From the NCBI GenBank assembly GCA_950097015.1, contig CATNEN010000034.1:1178001-1242000 (forward strand): a DNA stretch of 64,000 bases. The letters are read 5' to 3'. Both the position numbers and the translations under genes were made by a program. The notes under the pieces were generated by a model. That model searched no databases, was not told the origin of the DNA, and saw nothing but the letters and a program-made list of their open reading frames with translations. Source of the DNA: Macrostomum hystrix. Lineage: Eukaryota; Animalia; Platyhelminthes. This document shows positions 46,311 to 56,838 of this stretch, in pieces. The stretch's first letter is position 1. Each line of letters begins with the position of its first letter.

Positions 46311-49289
46311 ACTGTATAGAGGAGTGGCTAAGAGACATGTTTCTAAAGAAGTAATCAAGAGGGGGCTGTTTGGACAAACTTTTCACTTATTTTTTACTTA
46401 AAACGCCCTTAAACAAACTCTTCACTTTTCATTAATGCAGTGAATAAATAAATGGTGACCTTCACTATAAAGTTAATACAGAGACGTGAATTGCTTACTG
46501 CTTTGCTTTAAATTTCTGCCCCAAAAACAACGGGCAAAAAAAGCTAGTACGTTTATATTTATAGTTGCACATCGGGTTCCGGAGTAACTATTACAAAAAA
46601 GGGCATTGTTTTTATCGCAACCTTTTTGTTAACTTTATTAATCTATGCCTGCAAATAGTGCCTACTTCTAAGGACACAAATCAATTGGCCCTATTTTGAG
46701 AGCATATTTTGAGAGCATATTTTGCTAAATTTTCCATCTTTTGGTTTCTAAATTTTTGTTGTAAAACACTGACGCCTTAATAATTTGATTAGACAATTTT
46801 GTATGACATTTTTTTGTTTTGCACAAGCTAAAATCCCTGCGCAACTGTAATGGTGATTATATTGTAAAGATTGTTTGGCTTAGTTTTCATGTATTGTATT
46901 CATCATCCTTATTTGGGTCATTTACTATTTGGTTATGAGAGATTAGAGACTAATATCTGATGGCCATGGCACAATATATTCGACAAATAAGTTTTTGTTA
47001 GTATGTCAAGCTACTAAAGGAAACAAAGTGACCTAAGCTAACTGAAAAAAGACAATTAGATTAATCTTTCGAAATAGTAACCAATTCCTTTTTGGAACGA
47101 CTACTAAATGACTACTAAAATTATGTTAAATCATGTTCGTGTGCTAAATTTACTGTCCATTCCATTTAAATTGTCAAAAAGGATCTAGTCTATAAACGTG
47201 GCTTGGTCGCTTTCTAGTTTCTTTTAGTTGGACTCTTGTCAGCAGCCTCCTAACTCGTGCACCAATCAAATTTGCAATGCGCTTTTTTATTAGTTATTTA
47301 GTTTTTTGTCGACGTTTAACTAGTAATTACAGACTGCAGTCTTTTAGAGTTGGTGAGGGAACTGAAATTGAAGCCAAGCTGATTATGCTTGTGACTGATT
47401 AAAGCCTACGGCTGTTGTTCAACTGCTGGGCTGTTGTTTCGGGTCATAGTCACATAGAGGCTCTACCCGCACACCCGTAAAGCAGGTTGTTGTCGCCTGT
47501 AAACCCTCTTCGGAACTTAATCTCGTGGGCTTTGTCCACAGAAAAGTTAATGCATAGATTCAATCAAACAGTACATTTAGAAAATTAGCTGTTAATAGTT
47601 GGTCGCATCAAAAAGGATGTCCAGGAAAGGGTTTTGCTTGTACGTTAGGTTCCCTTGTAGCACATTTTGGCACTTGGAAATAAGGCCAGGTCCATGCATA
47701 AGCACTTTTTAATATCATGATATATTGTGATAAACTGGCGCGGAAGCCTAACGCAAGTGAGCATCATGGTAACACTTCCGAATGCATTTGCAAGATAGGC
47801 AAATGGAATAGTTAAACATTTCTTGCAAAGAAATTTATTTCTGTATTTTTAGCGTATACTTATTTCCGAAAACTGCACAATATGTTGTTAATATACATTC
47901 CGATGATAGAAACTTTATTTGACACTATGTAGTATAACTGGGTTTGAAGGCCGCGAATTTAAACAGTTTTACTACAGCAATTTAACGTCTTCAGCTTACA
48001 CGCCGCGCCGCGCCTTACACTTACAATCGATTGCAGCGCGCTTTTCAAACTGGTGCGATTATATTTTAATTAGACAACGATTAAAATAATTTATAATTAA
48101 TATTTGCATTATTTTCAAGGGTCATAAAAGTAGAAATTAATAACATAATAATGTTATTTGCAATCGCTATAGTTACTGTATAGCAACAATTAAATATTTA
48201 GCGCAATTTTAAAAGAACATTTCCAGCCGTACTACACAACACTCCTCTACGACAAGGCAATGTCCTCATTGCAAACAGGCGCGGACAACGATAGGCACGA
48301 GAGCACAAAATAACTGGGCGGCATTCAACGCAAAATCCGGCAATCAGAACGAAATACGCATAACCCTTGCTGGGCTCAACCACACTACTAGCAGTAGGCA
48401 GGGTCGTAAAAGGCCAGACATCCACGCATGAGAAAGCGCTAACTAGAGCATACAATACAGGAAAGTATCAGATATGAGAAAATATCAAAGCGATTAAAAC
48501 AACAGCATTAAACACCTTGCTCAAGAGCAGGGGATAATACGCACGACACGCTGAACGGCGCACGCGAACAAATACGATAAGAGTTTTGGTTAACAAAGGG
48601 TTGACCGGCAAGAGGTGGACTGGTGCGGCAGGGAAAAATTCGCACTGCTTGACTCGCACACGCTCGCGACACAGATACAAGTAAGTGCTCAAGATGGCTT
48701 AACAACGGGAACACAGTGATTTCCGCAGGCCACAGAGGGCATTTGACACAAAGGAAAAAAAACGCGAGATCAAAACAATTTGACGGCGAACATAATGCAA
48801 CGGGAACAGTTAAAATAGAAAAATATACCCAATCACAAAATGCAATTTTACATAAGGGCATCACAACAGGGTGTTACAGTACACACCCAGACTGAGTTTC
48901 CAGGATTCGAGAGATTAATAACGGCACAGCGTACATGTACATTAATATTGAAATATTGAAATTAGATATTGAGTATTAAGGATAAAGCTTTCCTAACAGG
49001 GAATTAACAACTGCTCGGATCGGAAACAATCCGCGGCAGTCAGGTTGTAAGAGATTTGTAAAAGTTAAAAAAATTGTAAGACACTGGTCAATGTAAAAAA
49101 ATTGCAAATGCAAAACAATTGCTAAAATTCAACATCACTCAAGTGAACGCCCGACGACCAGGCCACTCGCCTGCAACACGCACCCAATCAGAACGCTGCT
49201 CAACAAAGAAAAACAATACAGCGATGATAATAGCAGCCCAGACGACAAAGACTGTCCGAAGAGAAAAAAAAGGTTGCTCCAGCCTGCGC

Positions 49290-52200
49290 TTACACAAGCA
49301 CCCAATCAGCGTCGAGGGCGTCGGTGCTGACGTCACTGACCGCCTCGTCCTGCTGACCGTCAGCGGGGCGGGGCTGGTGCGCTCGTTTCAACTTGTTCAC
49401 GTGGACGACGCGCCCTTTGACCTCTCCGTCCTTGTAATCGACTGGCCGCACCAGGTAGTTCACCGGCGAGGTCCTGCATAGAACTTTGAAGGGTCCTGTC
49501 CATGGCGCCTGATGTTTAGGGGGCAGGCCGTTGGTCCTGGACAGCACGGCAGGCGGCACAAAAAGCCACACGGTGTCTCCAGCGCGGAACTTGCGCTTCT
49601 GGGCCTTCAAGTCGTAGTAGCGTCGCTGTCGTCGCTGAGCTGTCCCGGTCGCTCTCCGCACGGTGTCGAAGGCGTCTTGGAGCCTGTAAACTGTCTCCGC
49701 CGCGTACTGGCCGACGATCGCTGGGGGCTCCGGAACCCGATAGACCACATCAAGCGGCAGCACCACCTCCCGGCCGGTCATCAGGAAGTGCGGAGAAAAT
49801 CCAGTTGTCGCATTGATGCTGCTCCGGTAAGCCAGAAGGCAATGTGGCAGAACGTCCTCCCAGTCCAACGGGTCGACTGCTTGAAGGTGGCAGCGCAGCA
49901 TGTGATGAAGAGTGCGGTGGAATCTCTCAACAAGGCCATCACACTGCGGGTGGTAACCGGACGTCCGGGTCTTGCTGATGTCCAGCAGCTTGCAGAGGCT
50001 GCGGATGATGCGGCCGTCGATGCTCCGACCACGATCGGAGTGGAGAATGTGCGGAGCGCCCCACCGCGCAATCCAGTTGTTGAAAAGCGCTGCGGCGATG
50101 GTTGTAGCCTTCTCGTCAGGAATTGGCACCAGCTCCACCCATTTGCTAAAATAATCAACGATTGTAAGCAGTCGATCGTTGCCGTTCTTGGAGACGCCGA
50201 CCTTCACCACGTCAAAACCGACGCGCTGCATCGGAAAACCAGCTGCGATGGACTGCAGCGGTGCGCGCTTGATGACAGGCGTCTTGGCTCGCTGGCACGC
50301 TTCACAGGAACGGACTGCCAGCCGGACGCTGTCAGCCATCTTCGGCCAGTAGTACCGCATCTTCAAGCTGGCTAGCGTCTTGTCTTCACCCAGATGGCCG
50401 ATGCCGTGTATTTCGTCGATGATCCCGCGTTGCAGGCTGCAGGGCACGACGGGTACAGGCTTCGAGTTGATCAGCCGATGCATAATGCCATTCACGAAGC
50501 AGAGTTCATGCCCCTTCTGAGCCAGTAATAAGCTCTCAGGTGGCACACGATCTCGCTGCTGCTCGCTGAACTTAGATTTTCCGTCGGAAAGTAGCCGGAA
50601 CACCGGGCCGATGATCGGATCATGAAGCTGCTGCGTGCGCAACGGCTGCGCCGCGCTGCAGTCCGCTGGTGCTTCGCTGTCTTCAGGTGCCTCGTCTTCG
50701 CTGCTCTCTTCTTCACTCTCATTCGGTAAAGGCCGAAGCTCCTGCTTGCGCCTTGACTGCAGGGCACTGACGTTGGTGACTTCCGTCACGGCTGCCGGGC
50801 GAGCTCCAGTCGGTCCTGACTGCCCTGCAGACGCCACGTTGACCCTGACGACGACAGCTGGCTCGACTTTGTCGTCGGTCTGACAGGCCACTGCGGAAGT
50901 CACCTTGCTTGTGATTGCTGGATCTGGCCGGCAGACTCTACACTGGTTAGTGCATCGCTGCTGACGTCGAGAGAGAGAGTCGGCGTTGTTGTGCTGCCGT
51001 CCCGGTCGGAAAACCACCTTGAAGTCGAACTCGTCAAGCACCTGGAGCCACCGCGCCAGCTGCCCTTCGGGCTCCTTGAATGTCAGCAGGTGCGTCAAGG
51101 ACTGGTGATCGACGCGCACAGTGAACCTTCTAGGCAGCAGATAAGTCCGAAACTTCCTGACGTGCTCAACGACCGAGAGCAGTTCTCGCCTTGTGACGCA
51201 GTAGTTTCGTTCGGCCTTCGAAAGCGCTCGGCTGGAGTACGCAATGACACGCTCCACGCCCGCCTGCACCTGGGAAAGCACCGCGCCGACGGCGCAATCA
51301 CTGGCGTCCGTGTCCAAAATGTACTCGGAGCTGGTCGGGCTGGTGTCCGGAAAGGCTAGGATCGGTGCCGATGTCAGTGCCACCTTCAACTCGTTGAATG
51401 CAGCCTCCGCTGCCGGTGTCCACTGAAATCTCTCCGTCGGCAGGGTCAGGCGTCGAAGCGGTTCGGCGATCTTAGAGTAGTCCCGGACGAATCGCCGATA
51501 GTAAGATGTAAGGCCCAGGAAACTCTTGACCTCCTTGGAATTTCGCGGTGTCGGCCAATCGCGAACGGCCGCCGTCTTCGATTCGTCCACGGCGATGCCG
51601 GCCTTTGAGACTCGATGGCCGAGGGCAATCATTGACGTATTGGCAAAACGGCACTTAGATGGCTTCAGCCGCAAGTTTGCCTCCCGCAGACGCTCGAGCA
51701 CTGCCCGCAGCCGATCATTATGCTCAGCGATTGTCCGGCCCATAATGATGACATCATCGATGAAGACCAGACAGGCTTGCCAGGTCAGGCCTTGGAGGAC
51801 AAGTTGCATAAGTCGTTGAAATGTGGCTGGTGCGTTTCGGAGCCCAAACGGCATGACATTAAATTCAAAGAGGCCCTGATGACAGATGAAGGCAGTTTTC
51901 TCTTTGTCGCGCTCATCGACCTCGACCTGCCAATAACCACTCTCCAGGTCGAGTGCCGAAAAGTAGGCGTTGCCTTCCAGCGCGTCCAGAGTGTCATCGA
52001 TGCGTGGGATCGGGAAAGCGTCTGGCTTGGTGACTTCGTTGAGCAACCGATAGTCCAAGCAGAACCGAGCTGTTCCGTCCTTCTTCTTAACTAGCACGAT
52101 TGGCGACGCCCATGGCGATGATGACGGTCGAATGACCCCCTTGGCCAGCATGTCGTCGACTAGCTCTGCCTGCTTGTCGATGACGGGGCGCGCCGCTCGT

Positions 52201-53216
52201 CGAAGGCCCTGCCGAATCGGTTGTGCCACACCCGTGTCGATGCGGTGACGCAAGATGGCAGTCTGTCCGGTGCTGCCAGGTGACGCGAAGACGTCGGTGA
52301 ACTCCAATAGCAGCTCCTTGACAGACTGTTGCTCTTCAGCCGAGATGCTGGGTTCGATTTGGATGCTACTAAGCCATTCAGCTGGTGGGCGCGCCACTAC
52401 TGAAGCTGATGCTACGAATGTCATGTCTCTAGCAACCTTGCTGGCTGCAGTGGTCGCCACTGTCGCTGTTGAACCGACGACAGCCGCCGCTGTCGCCGAT
52501 GAGCCAGCGGGGGCTAAGTGGATAAGCGGCTGACTTCCTAATGGCGAGAAGTTACCGATGGCGTCACCGTCCGTGATGCTGATCATCTGGTCACTGATGT
52601 TGATTGCTGCCAACCCCATGCCACTGTCAGCAAGCTTTGCAATGCAGCGAGCCAGCAGAAGGCCTTGCCGCTTTGTCCCTGTGATGATGCCTGGGGCTGC
52701 TGACTGAGTCCAAGAGGTAGGCTGCGCTGGTTTGATGGGAATGATCCAGTGCTGTCCAGGCTGCAGTTGCACAGAGGCCGCTGACACCAGCCTGCAAGTC
52801 TGTGGTGCTTCCTTGCTTTGCCGAATAGGGACTGAAACATTCACGCGATTGAATGTGATGCAGCCAGCTTGTAGGTGAATGGAGATGTCATGCTCACTTA
52901 GTAGGTCGCAGCCTAGGATGACTGATGCTGGATACAGCTTCTCTAGCACAACAAAACGATGCTGAATTCTCACAGTTCCAATCTGCAGTATCGCAGTTGT
53001 CTCACCCAGCACAGGTTGTAAGTTTCCGTCCACGCCTTTGATGGTGATGTTGCTGGGCTGCAGCCGCCGCCTGGCCTTCTGACAGATGTTGGCACTGATG
53101 CAGGACACCTCTGCTCCGGTATCGATCAGGCAGTGGCGTCGTCGTCTGAAGATGCGCGCGGTCACGAAGCGTGCATTACTAGGCTGGCAGCTGCTGGGGC
53201 GTGGAACGGAGGCCAA
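49290..53216 (-). CDS. pol: Gypsy Pol (protease, RT, RNase H, integrase)
   Basis: LIDTGAEVS, FCLDYRLLN, FIDD, DTDAS, GHLG..CEAC, SDRG, VERFHRTL and WTGPF. No ATG start; lies in the -1 frame relative to gag. Confidence 0.97.
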   Translation of the reverse strand: MASVPRPSSCQPSNARFVTARIFRRRRHCLIDTGAEVSCISANICQKARRRLQPSNITIKGVDGNLQPVLGETTAILQIGTVRIQHRFVVLEKLYPASVILGCDLLSEHDISIHLQAGCITFNRVNVSVPIRQSKEAPQTCRLVSAASVQLQPGQHWIIPIKPAQPTSWTQSAAPGIITGTKRQGLLLARCIAKLADSGMGLAAINISDQMISITDGDAIGNFSPLGSQPLIHLAPAGSSATAAAVVGSTATVATTAASKVARDMTFVASASVVARPPAEWLSSIQIEPSISAEEQQSVKELLLEFTDVFASPGSTGQTAILRHRIDTGVAQPIRQGLRRAARPVIDKQAELVDDMLAKGVIRPSSSPWASPIVLVKKKDGTARFCLDYRLLNEVTKPDAFPIPRIDDTLDALEGNAYFSALDLESGYWQVEVDERDKEKTAFICHQGLFEFNVMPFGLRNAPATFQRLMQLVLQGLTWQACLVFIDDVIIMGRTIAEHNDRLRAVLERLREANLRLKPSKCRFANTSMIALGHRVSKAGIAVDESKTAAVRDWPTPRNSKEVKSFLGLTSYYRRFVRDYSKIAEPLRRLTLPTERFQWTPAAEAAFNELKVALTSAPILAFPDTSPTSSEYILDTDASDCAVGAVLSQVQAGVERVIAYSSRALSKAERNYCVTRRELLSVVEHVRKFRTYLLPRRFTVRVDHQSLTHLLTFKEPEGQLARWLQVLDEFDFKVVFRPGRQHNNADSLSRRQQRCTNQCRVCRPDPAITSKVTSAVACQTDDKVEPAVVVRVNVASAGQSGPTGARPAAVTEVTNVSALQSRRKQELRPLPNESEEESSEDEAPEDSEAPADCSAAQPLRTQQLHDPIIGPVFRLLSDGKSKFSEQQRDRVPPESLLLAQKGHELCFVNGIMHRLINSKPVPVVPCSLQRGIIDEIHGIGHLGEDKTLASLKMRYYWPKMADSVRLAVRSCEACQRAKTPVIKRAPLQSIAAGFPMQRVGFDVVKVGVSKNGNDRLLTIVDYFSKWVELVPIPDEKATTIAAALFNNWIARWGAPHILHSDRGRSIDGRIIRSLCKLLDISKTRTSGYHPQCDGLVERFHRTLHHMLRCHLQAVDPLDWEDVLPHCLLAYRSSINATTGFSPHFLMTGREVVLPLDVVYRVPEPPAIVGQYAAETVYRLQDAFDTVRRATGTAQRRQRRYYDLKAQKRKFRAGDTVWLFVPPAVLSRTNGLPPKHQAPWTGPFKVLCRTSPVNYLVRPVDYKDGEVKGRVVHVNKLKRAHQPRPADGQQDEAVSDVSTDALDADWVLV

Positions 53217-53221
53217 ATGTC

Positions 53222-54415
53222 TTAGTGCTGAGAGGGCCAGTGCTGGCCTCGTGGACCAGCCCCCTCGGCGTTTGGGCAGTTGCGTCGGATGTGGCCTGGT
53301 CGATTACAGCCGAAACAGACTGGGCCTGCAGCTACTGGCTGATGCTGCTCACGCCTCTCAGATGAGATCGGCCGCTGGTTAATAGGTTGCTTAGGCTGCA
53401 CCGAAGCTTTAGGTGGCACTGGCAAGCTTTTTGGCAGAAACTCACTGCTAAATACTCGTCCTGATCCAGTGCTGCTACTGGCAGTAGCCATGTATGCCTG
53501 CGTCTCGCGAAACTGTTGGGCAATTCGCAGTGCTTGCTCCGCAGTCCCTGGCGGTACTGGCTGGTTCAGCAGTCTCTCCGTGACATAGTTGTCGTTGAGC
53601 CCGTGCATGAACTGCTCGAGGACCATCTGCTGTACGTAGGCTTGAGCTCTCACGTCCGGGTAGGCCCTTGCCGCCAATCGCTGTAGCTCCGTCAGGTATG
53701 TCTCGAATCGCTCTTCGGGGCGACGCTGCCGGGCACGGAATTCGCGACGAATAAGTGCAGCACTTTTCGAGCCACCGTGACGCGATCGGAGGTGCTCGAC
53801 CAGGTTCTCGTAAGAAAGTTCCGGAAGCTGGTCCGGTGTTGTGCTCGGTGGGAGGCCAAAATGGGCGCACTGCATCGCCAGCCATGTGGTGTACGTTATG
53901 AAAGCAGGTCCCAGATAGGACGTCAGAGTACTGACCTTGTCTGAATCTAAAAGGCCGGGAAAACGGCCCATGTAGGCGCCAATTCGCAATAGGAAGTCAT
54001 CAAAATCCTCTCGACCGTTGTACGCAGCAGGTTTTGGCACCGGCGGCAGGACACAACGCTGTGGCTGAACCTGATATTCTGACAACTGTTGGCAATGTTG
54101 CTGATGAGGCGACTGGAAAAACGGGTGATTCAATGCTGGAGGATGCTGGTCAAACTGCGGCAGGAATGGGTTTGTCGATATTAATGAAACCGGAGCATGC
54201 CGCATCTCTGTCTCTCGTACATTCTCGGATGACAGAAACGGGTTTGTCGCCTGGCCGGTAGAGTGATAGTGTGACCGCGCACTCATGGATTCAGATGGTT
54301 CATAGAATGACGCTGCGGCTGCCGTGGCGTCAATAGCGTGCCCGTTTTGACGTCTCACAAGTCGACCTCGGAGTTCCAAAAAATCGTCGTCATCCAGGTT
54401 CTGGTCGTTCCACAT
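53222..54415 (-). CDS. gag: Gypsy Gag, 397 aa
   Basis: PAAYNGREDF, RRQRRPEE..YLTEL and the CCHC knuckle CFGCNRPGHIRRNC. Confidence 0.93.
   Translation of the reverse strand: MWNDQNLDDDDFLELRGRLVRRQNGHAIDATAAAASFYEPSESMSARSHYHSTGQATNPFLSSENVRETEMRHAPVSLISTNPFLPQFDQHPPALNHPFFQSPHQQHCQQLSEYQVQPQRCVLPPVPKPAAYNGREDFDDFLLRIGAYMGRFPGLLDSDKVSTLTSYLGPAFITYTTWLAMQCAHFGLPPSTTPDQLPELSYENLVEHLRSRHGGSKSAALIRREFRARQRRPEERFETYLTELQRLAARAYPDVRAQAYVQQMVLEQFMHGLNDNYVTERLLNQPVPPGTAEQALRIAQQFRETQAYMATASSSTGSGRVFSSEFLPKSLPVPPKASVQPKQPINQRPISSERREQHQPVAAGPVCFGCNRPGHIRRNCPNAEGAGPRGQHWPSQH
53270..53276 (-). promoter_or_regulatory. Putative -1 ribosomal frameshift heptamer C CCA AAC
   Basis: X XXY YYZ pattern in the gag frame, inside the short gag/pol overlap, followed by a GC-rich potential stem. 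Confidence 0.6.
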
Positions 54416-54422
54416 AATAGTA

Positions 54423-54440
54423 GAGCTGGCGTGGTCGCCA
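54423..54440 (-). promoter_or_regulatory. Primer binding site TGGCGACCACG...
   Basis: Starts with TGG 2 nt inside the 5' LTR. The priming tRNA was not determined (TGGCGACC is compatible with tRNA-Arg). Confidence 0.7.
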
Positions 54441-56838
54441 AATGTAGTATAACTGGGTTTGAAGGCCGCGAATTTAAACAGTTTTACTACAGCAATTTAA
54501 CGTCTTCAGCTTACACGCCGCGCCGCGCCTTACACTTACAATCGATTGCAGCGCGCTTTTCAAACTGGTGCGATTATATTTTAATTAGACAACGATTAAA
54601 ATAATTTATAATTAATATTTGCATTATTTTCAAGGGTCATAAAAGTAGAAATTAATAACATAATAATGTTATTTGCAATCGCTATAGTTACTGTATAGCA
54701 ACAATTAAATATTTAGCGCAATTTTAAAAGAACATTTCCAGCCGTACTACAACTACAAAAAATCAGCTTCTAAATAAATTATATAAATTAAGCTATATAT
54801 ACATGTAGCTAGATAGCTATTTGTAGTCTTTAGTACATGTTGATGTTGATGAATAAAAGTATAATTCAGTTAGTTTTCATTCCGCATTTTACTTTTTTTA
54901 TTTTCGCATTCCGCGTTTTACTTTAATGTGCGGAATCCGCACTTCGTTCCGCAGTTTACCATTCCGCTGCGGATTCCGCGTTTTACCGTACTATTCCATT
55001 CCGATTCCGTTGCGGATTCCGCATTTTACCGGGTACCCCTCTTTCCAGCTAACAGCAGCGGCCTTGCACTAAATATAGTCGGTATAAATTCGGCACTATT
55101 CGCAAAGCCAAAGGACCATGTCGATAAGCAGTGCTCTAAATTTAATGAAATTAAGTAGTTTATTTCTAGCACAAAAATATACTTACATCTTTTCTGTAAT
55201 CACTGAACCATGTAAACTTTAGATAAATAAATTTTTTAATTTACTTATTGAAAGTTCAAAGTTGAATTTTTTTCTGACTTCAAGCTTCTATGTTCATATT
55301 TAATCATATGCATTCTTATATTTTTTCCACTATTTATATTTCTAGAGAAAAAATGGAATGCATTGCTATATACTATAGATTAAAAATCCACAATGCAAAG
55401 GGCTAGGCCTACCTACTCAGCTTAGCATTTGTTAAGATATATTGCTTTTAAACAAAAATACACATTTTAGCTATCAGGTCATTGAAAGGCTATTTCTAAA
55501 AACTTGCTATTCCTATTCTCTACTTTAAGGCCATGATAAACACTAAACATATATAAATCATAAATTGTAGCCTAAACTAATCCTAATTCTAATACTATAT
55601 CATGTCCTGTACCTGGACACTTCATCATCTTACACTTTTGTCATCCAGATGATGATCTGTCCAATATCTCAGAGGGTGGATGACAAAGTGATTTAGACTT
55701 GTGGACACTTTGTTATCTATAAAAAAAGTTTTTAAAGTTAAAACAGGACCACCCTCCCCACCCCTCCCCACATTGTGTTGGCACCTATCTTTTAACTCTA
55801 AACAATGAAATCAGTTTTGACACCTCTTTTTGACAATTTAGAGTGTGAAATGTGTTCACACCTCTGCCCCACCACTCTACCCTCACTTTATTCCAAATGA
55901 AGCAAGCACAAAAGCACCTCCATATCATATCCCACCCTTCAAGTTTTCATATCTGCATCAAGTTGTACATGTATGCAGAAGCATCTGTTAATTGAGTCTA
56001 TAGACAATGCTTGTTATTAGTAGTTTACAAACTGGCCAAAATTTTAAGCATGCCAATTTGATGGATAAAAAAGTGTCTAGGATCCATCATGTCCTATCTA
56101 AACTTTAAATTTTCACAACTAGGTCTAGAGACTGCAGCAAGAGACTGCCTAGAAATAGGCCATAATAGTTAGTTTGTAAAAACACTTTCTGCTTTCCTAA
56201 CTTTAAACAAAGTGGGCAAACTATTGCCATTAATAGAATAATATAAATAATGCCTATTTTCAATAGCCAAACAGGCTTATTTTGGGCTTTTAAAAACTTT
56301 TTTGAACTGACATGTTGACTTCACAGCCATGACCCCATCTTGCTCTGGGGTGCAATTGATTCATTCAATAATAAATAGCATTGAAACTTGTTTTAGAATA
56401 TTTAACCCCCTTAACATTTCAGTTTTTTTAACTCAAAAAGTTAAGCATTTTTGCCTGAAAATTGAAGATTTTTTGGTGAAATTTTTTTTACAATTTGTTA
56501 ACCTGTTTTTTTAAACCATCACATGCAAAGAAACAGCATAGAATTAGTATATATATATATATATACATCTGATGTCTTTCTCATTGTCAGGCCGTGTACA
56601 CTCTCACAGCACCTTGGAGGTTTGGCCCTCAATGGTGTAATTTGCAATACTAGCCCCTAAGGTTTTTTTCTCTGTGACTATGCCCCAAATGAATGTGGCT
56701 TTGCCAAAGAATTGAACTCGTGGACATGAGTTCAATTGGCAAATGGATTAATTGCTCTGTCACAGACCCTCACTTTGTAGATGTATATTACTGGAATGCA
56801 TTTAATTTGCTTACAATATCTTTTACTTTCAGGCAGCA

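Larger units (their letters stand above)
44623..46547 (+). mobile_element. Non-autonomous Helitron 'D' (same derivative as B)
   Basis: The TC start abuts the CTAG of element C; it ends with CTAG then T at 46547. It has the same deletion junction (GCTGGCGT|TGACTGG) as B. Confidence 0.93.
47928..54751 (-). mobile_element. Intact Ty3/Gypsy LTR retrotransposon
   Basis: 309-bp LTRs at 47928-48236 and 54443-54751 (no difference seen), TG...CA ends, 4-bp TSD ACTA, and gag plus pol in PR-RT-RH-IN order. Confidence 0.97.
12759..55037. mobile_element. Non-autonomous Mutator-like element (about 2.9 kb of own sequence) inflated to 42.3 kb by nested insertions
   Basis: Perfect 191-bp TIRs at 12759-12949 and 54847-55037, GG...CC termini, and 9-bp TSD CCTCTTTCC at 12750-12758 and 55038-55046. 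Confidence 0.9.

Noticed and set aside
50880-50960. Cys cluster (CTNQCRVC) between RNase H and integrase as a novel domain
   Set aside because: Similar short Cys motifs and acidic spacers are common at this position in invertebrate Gypsy Pol proteins.
49512-53885. Plus-strand ORFs overlapping gag and pol (likewise those overlapping the LINE at 8355-11662 and the hAT at 40865-42717)
   Set aside because: They are shadow ORFs of coding sequence on the opposite strand, with no independent motifs.
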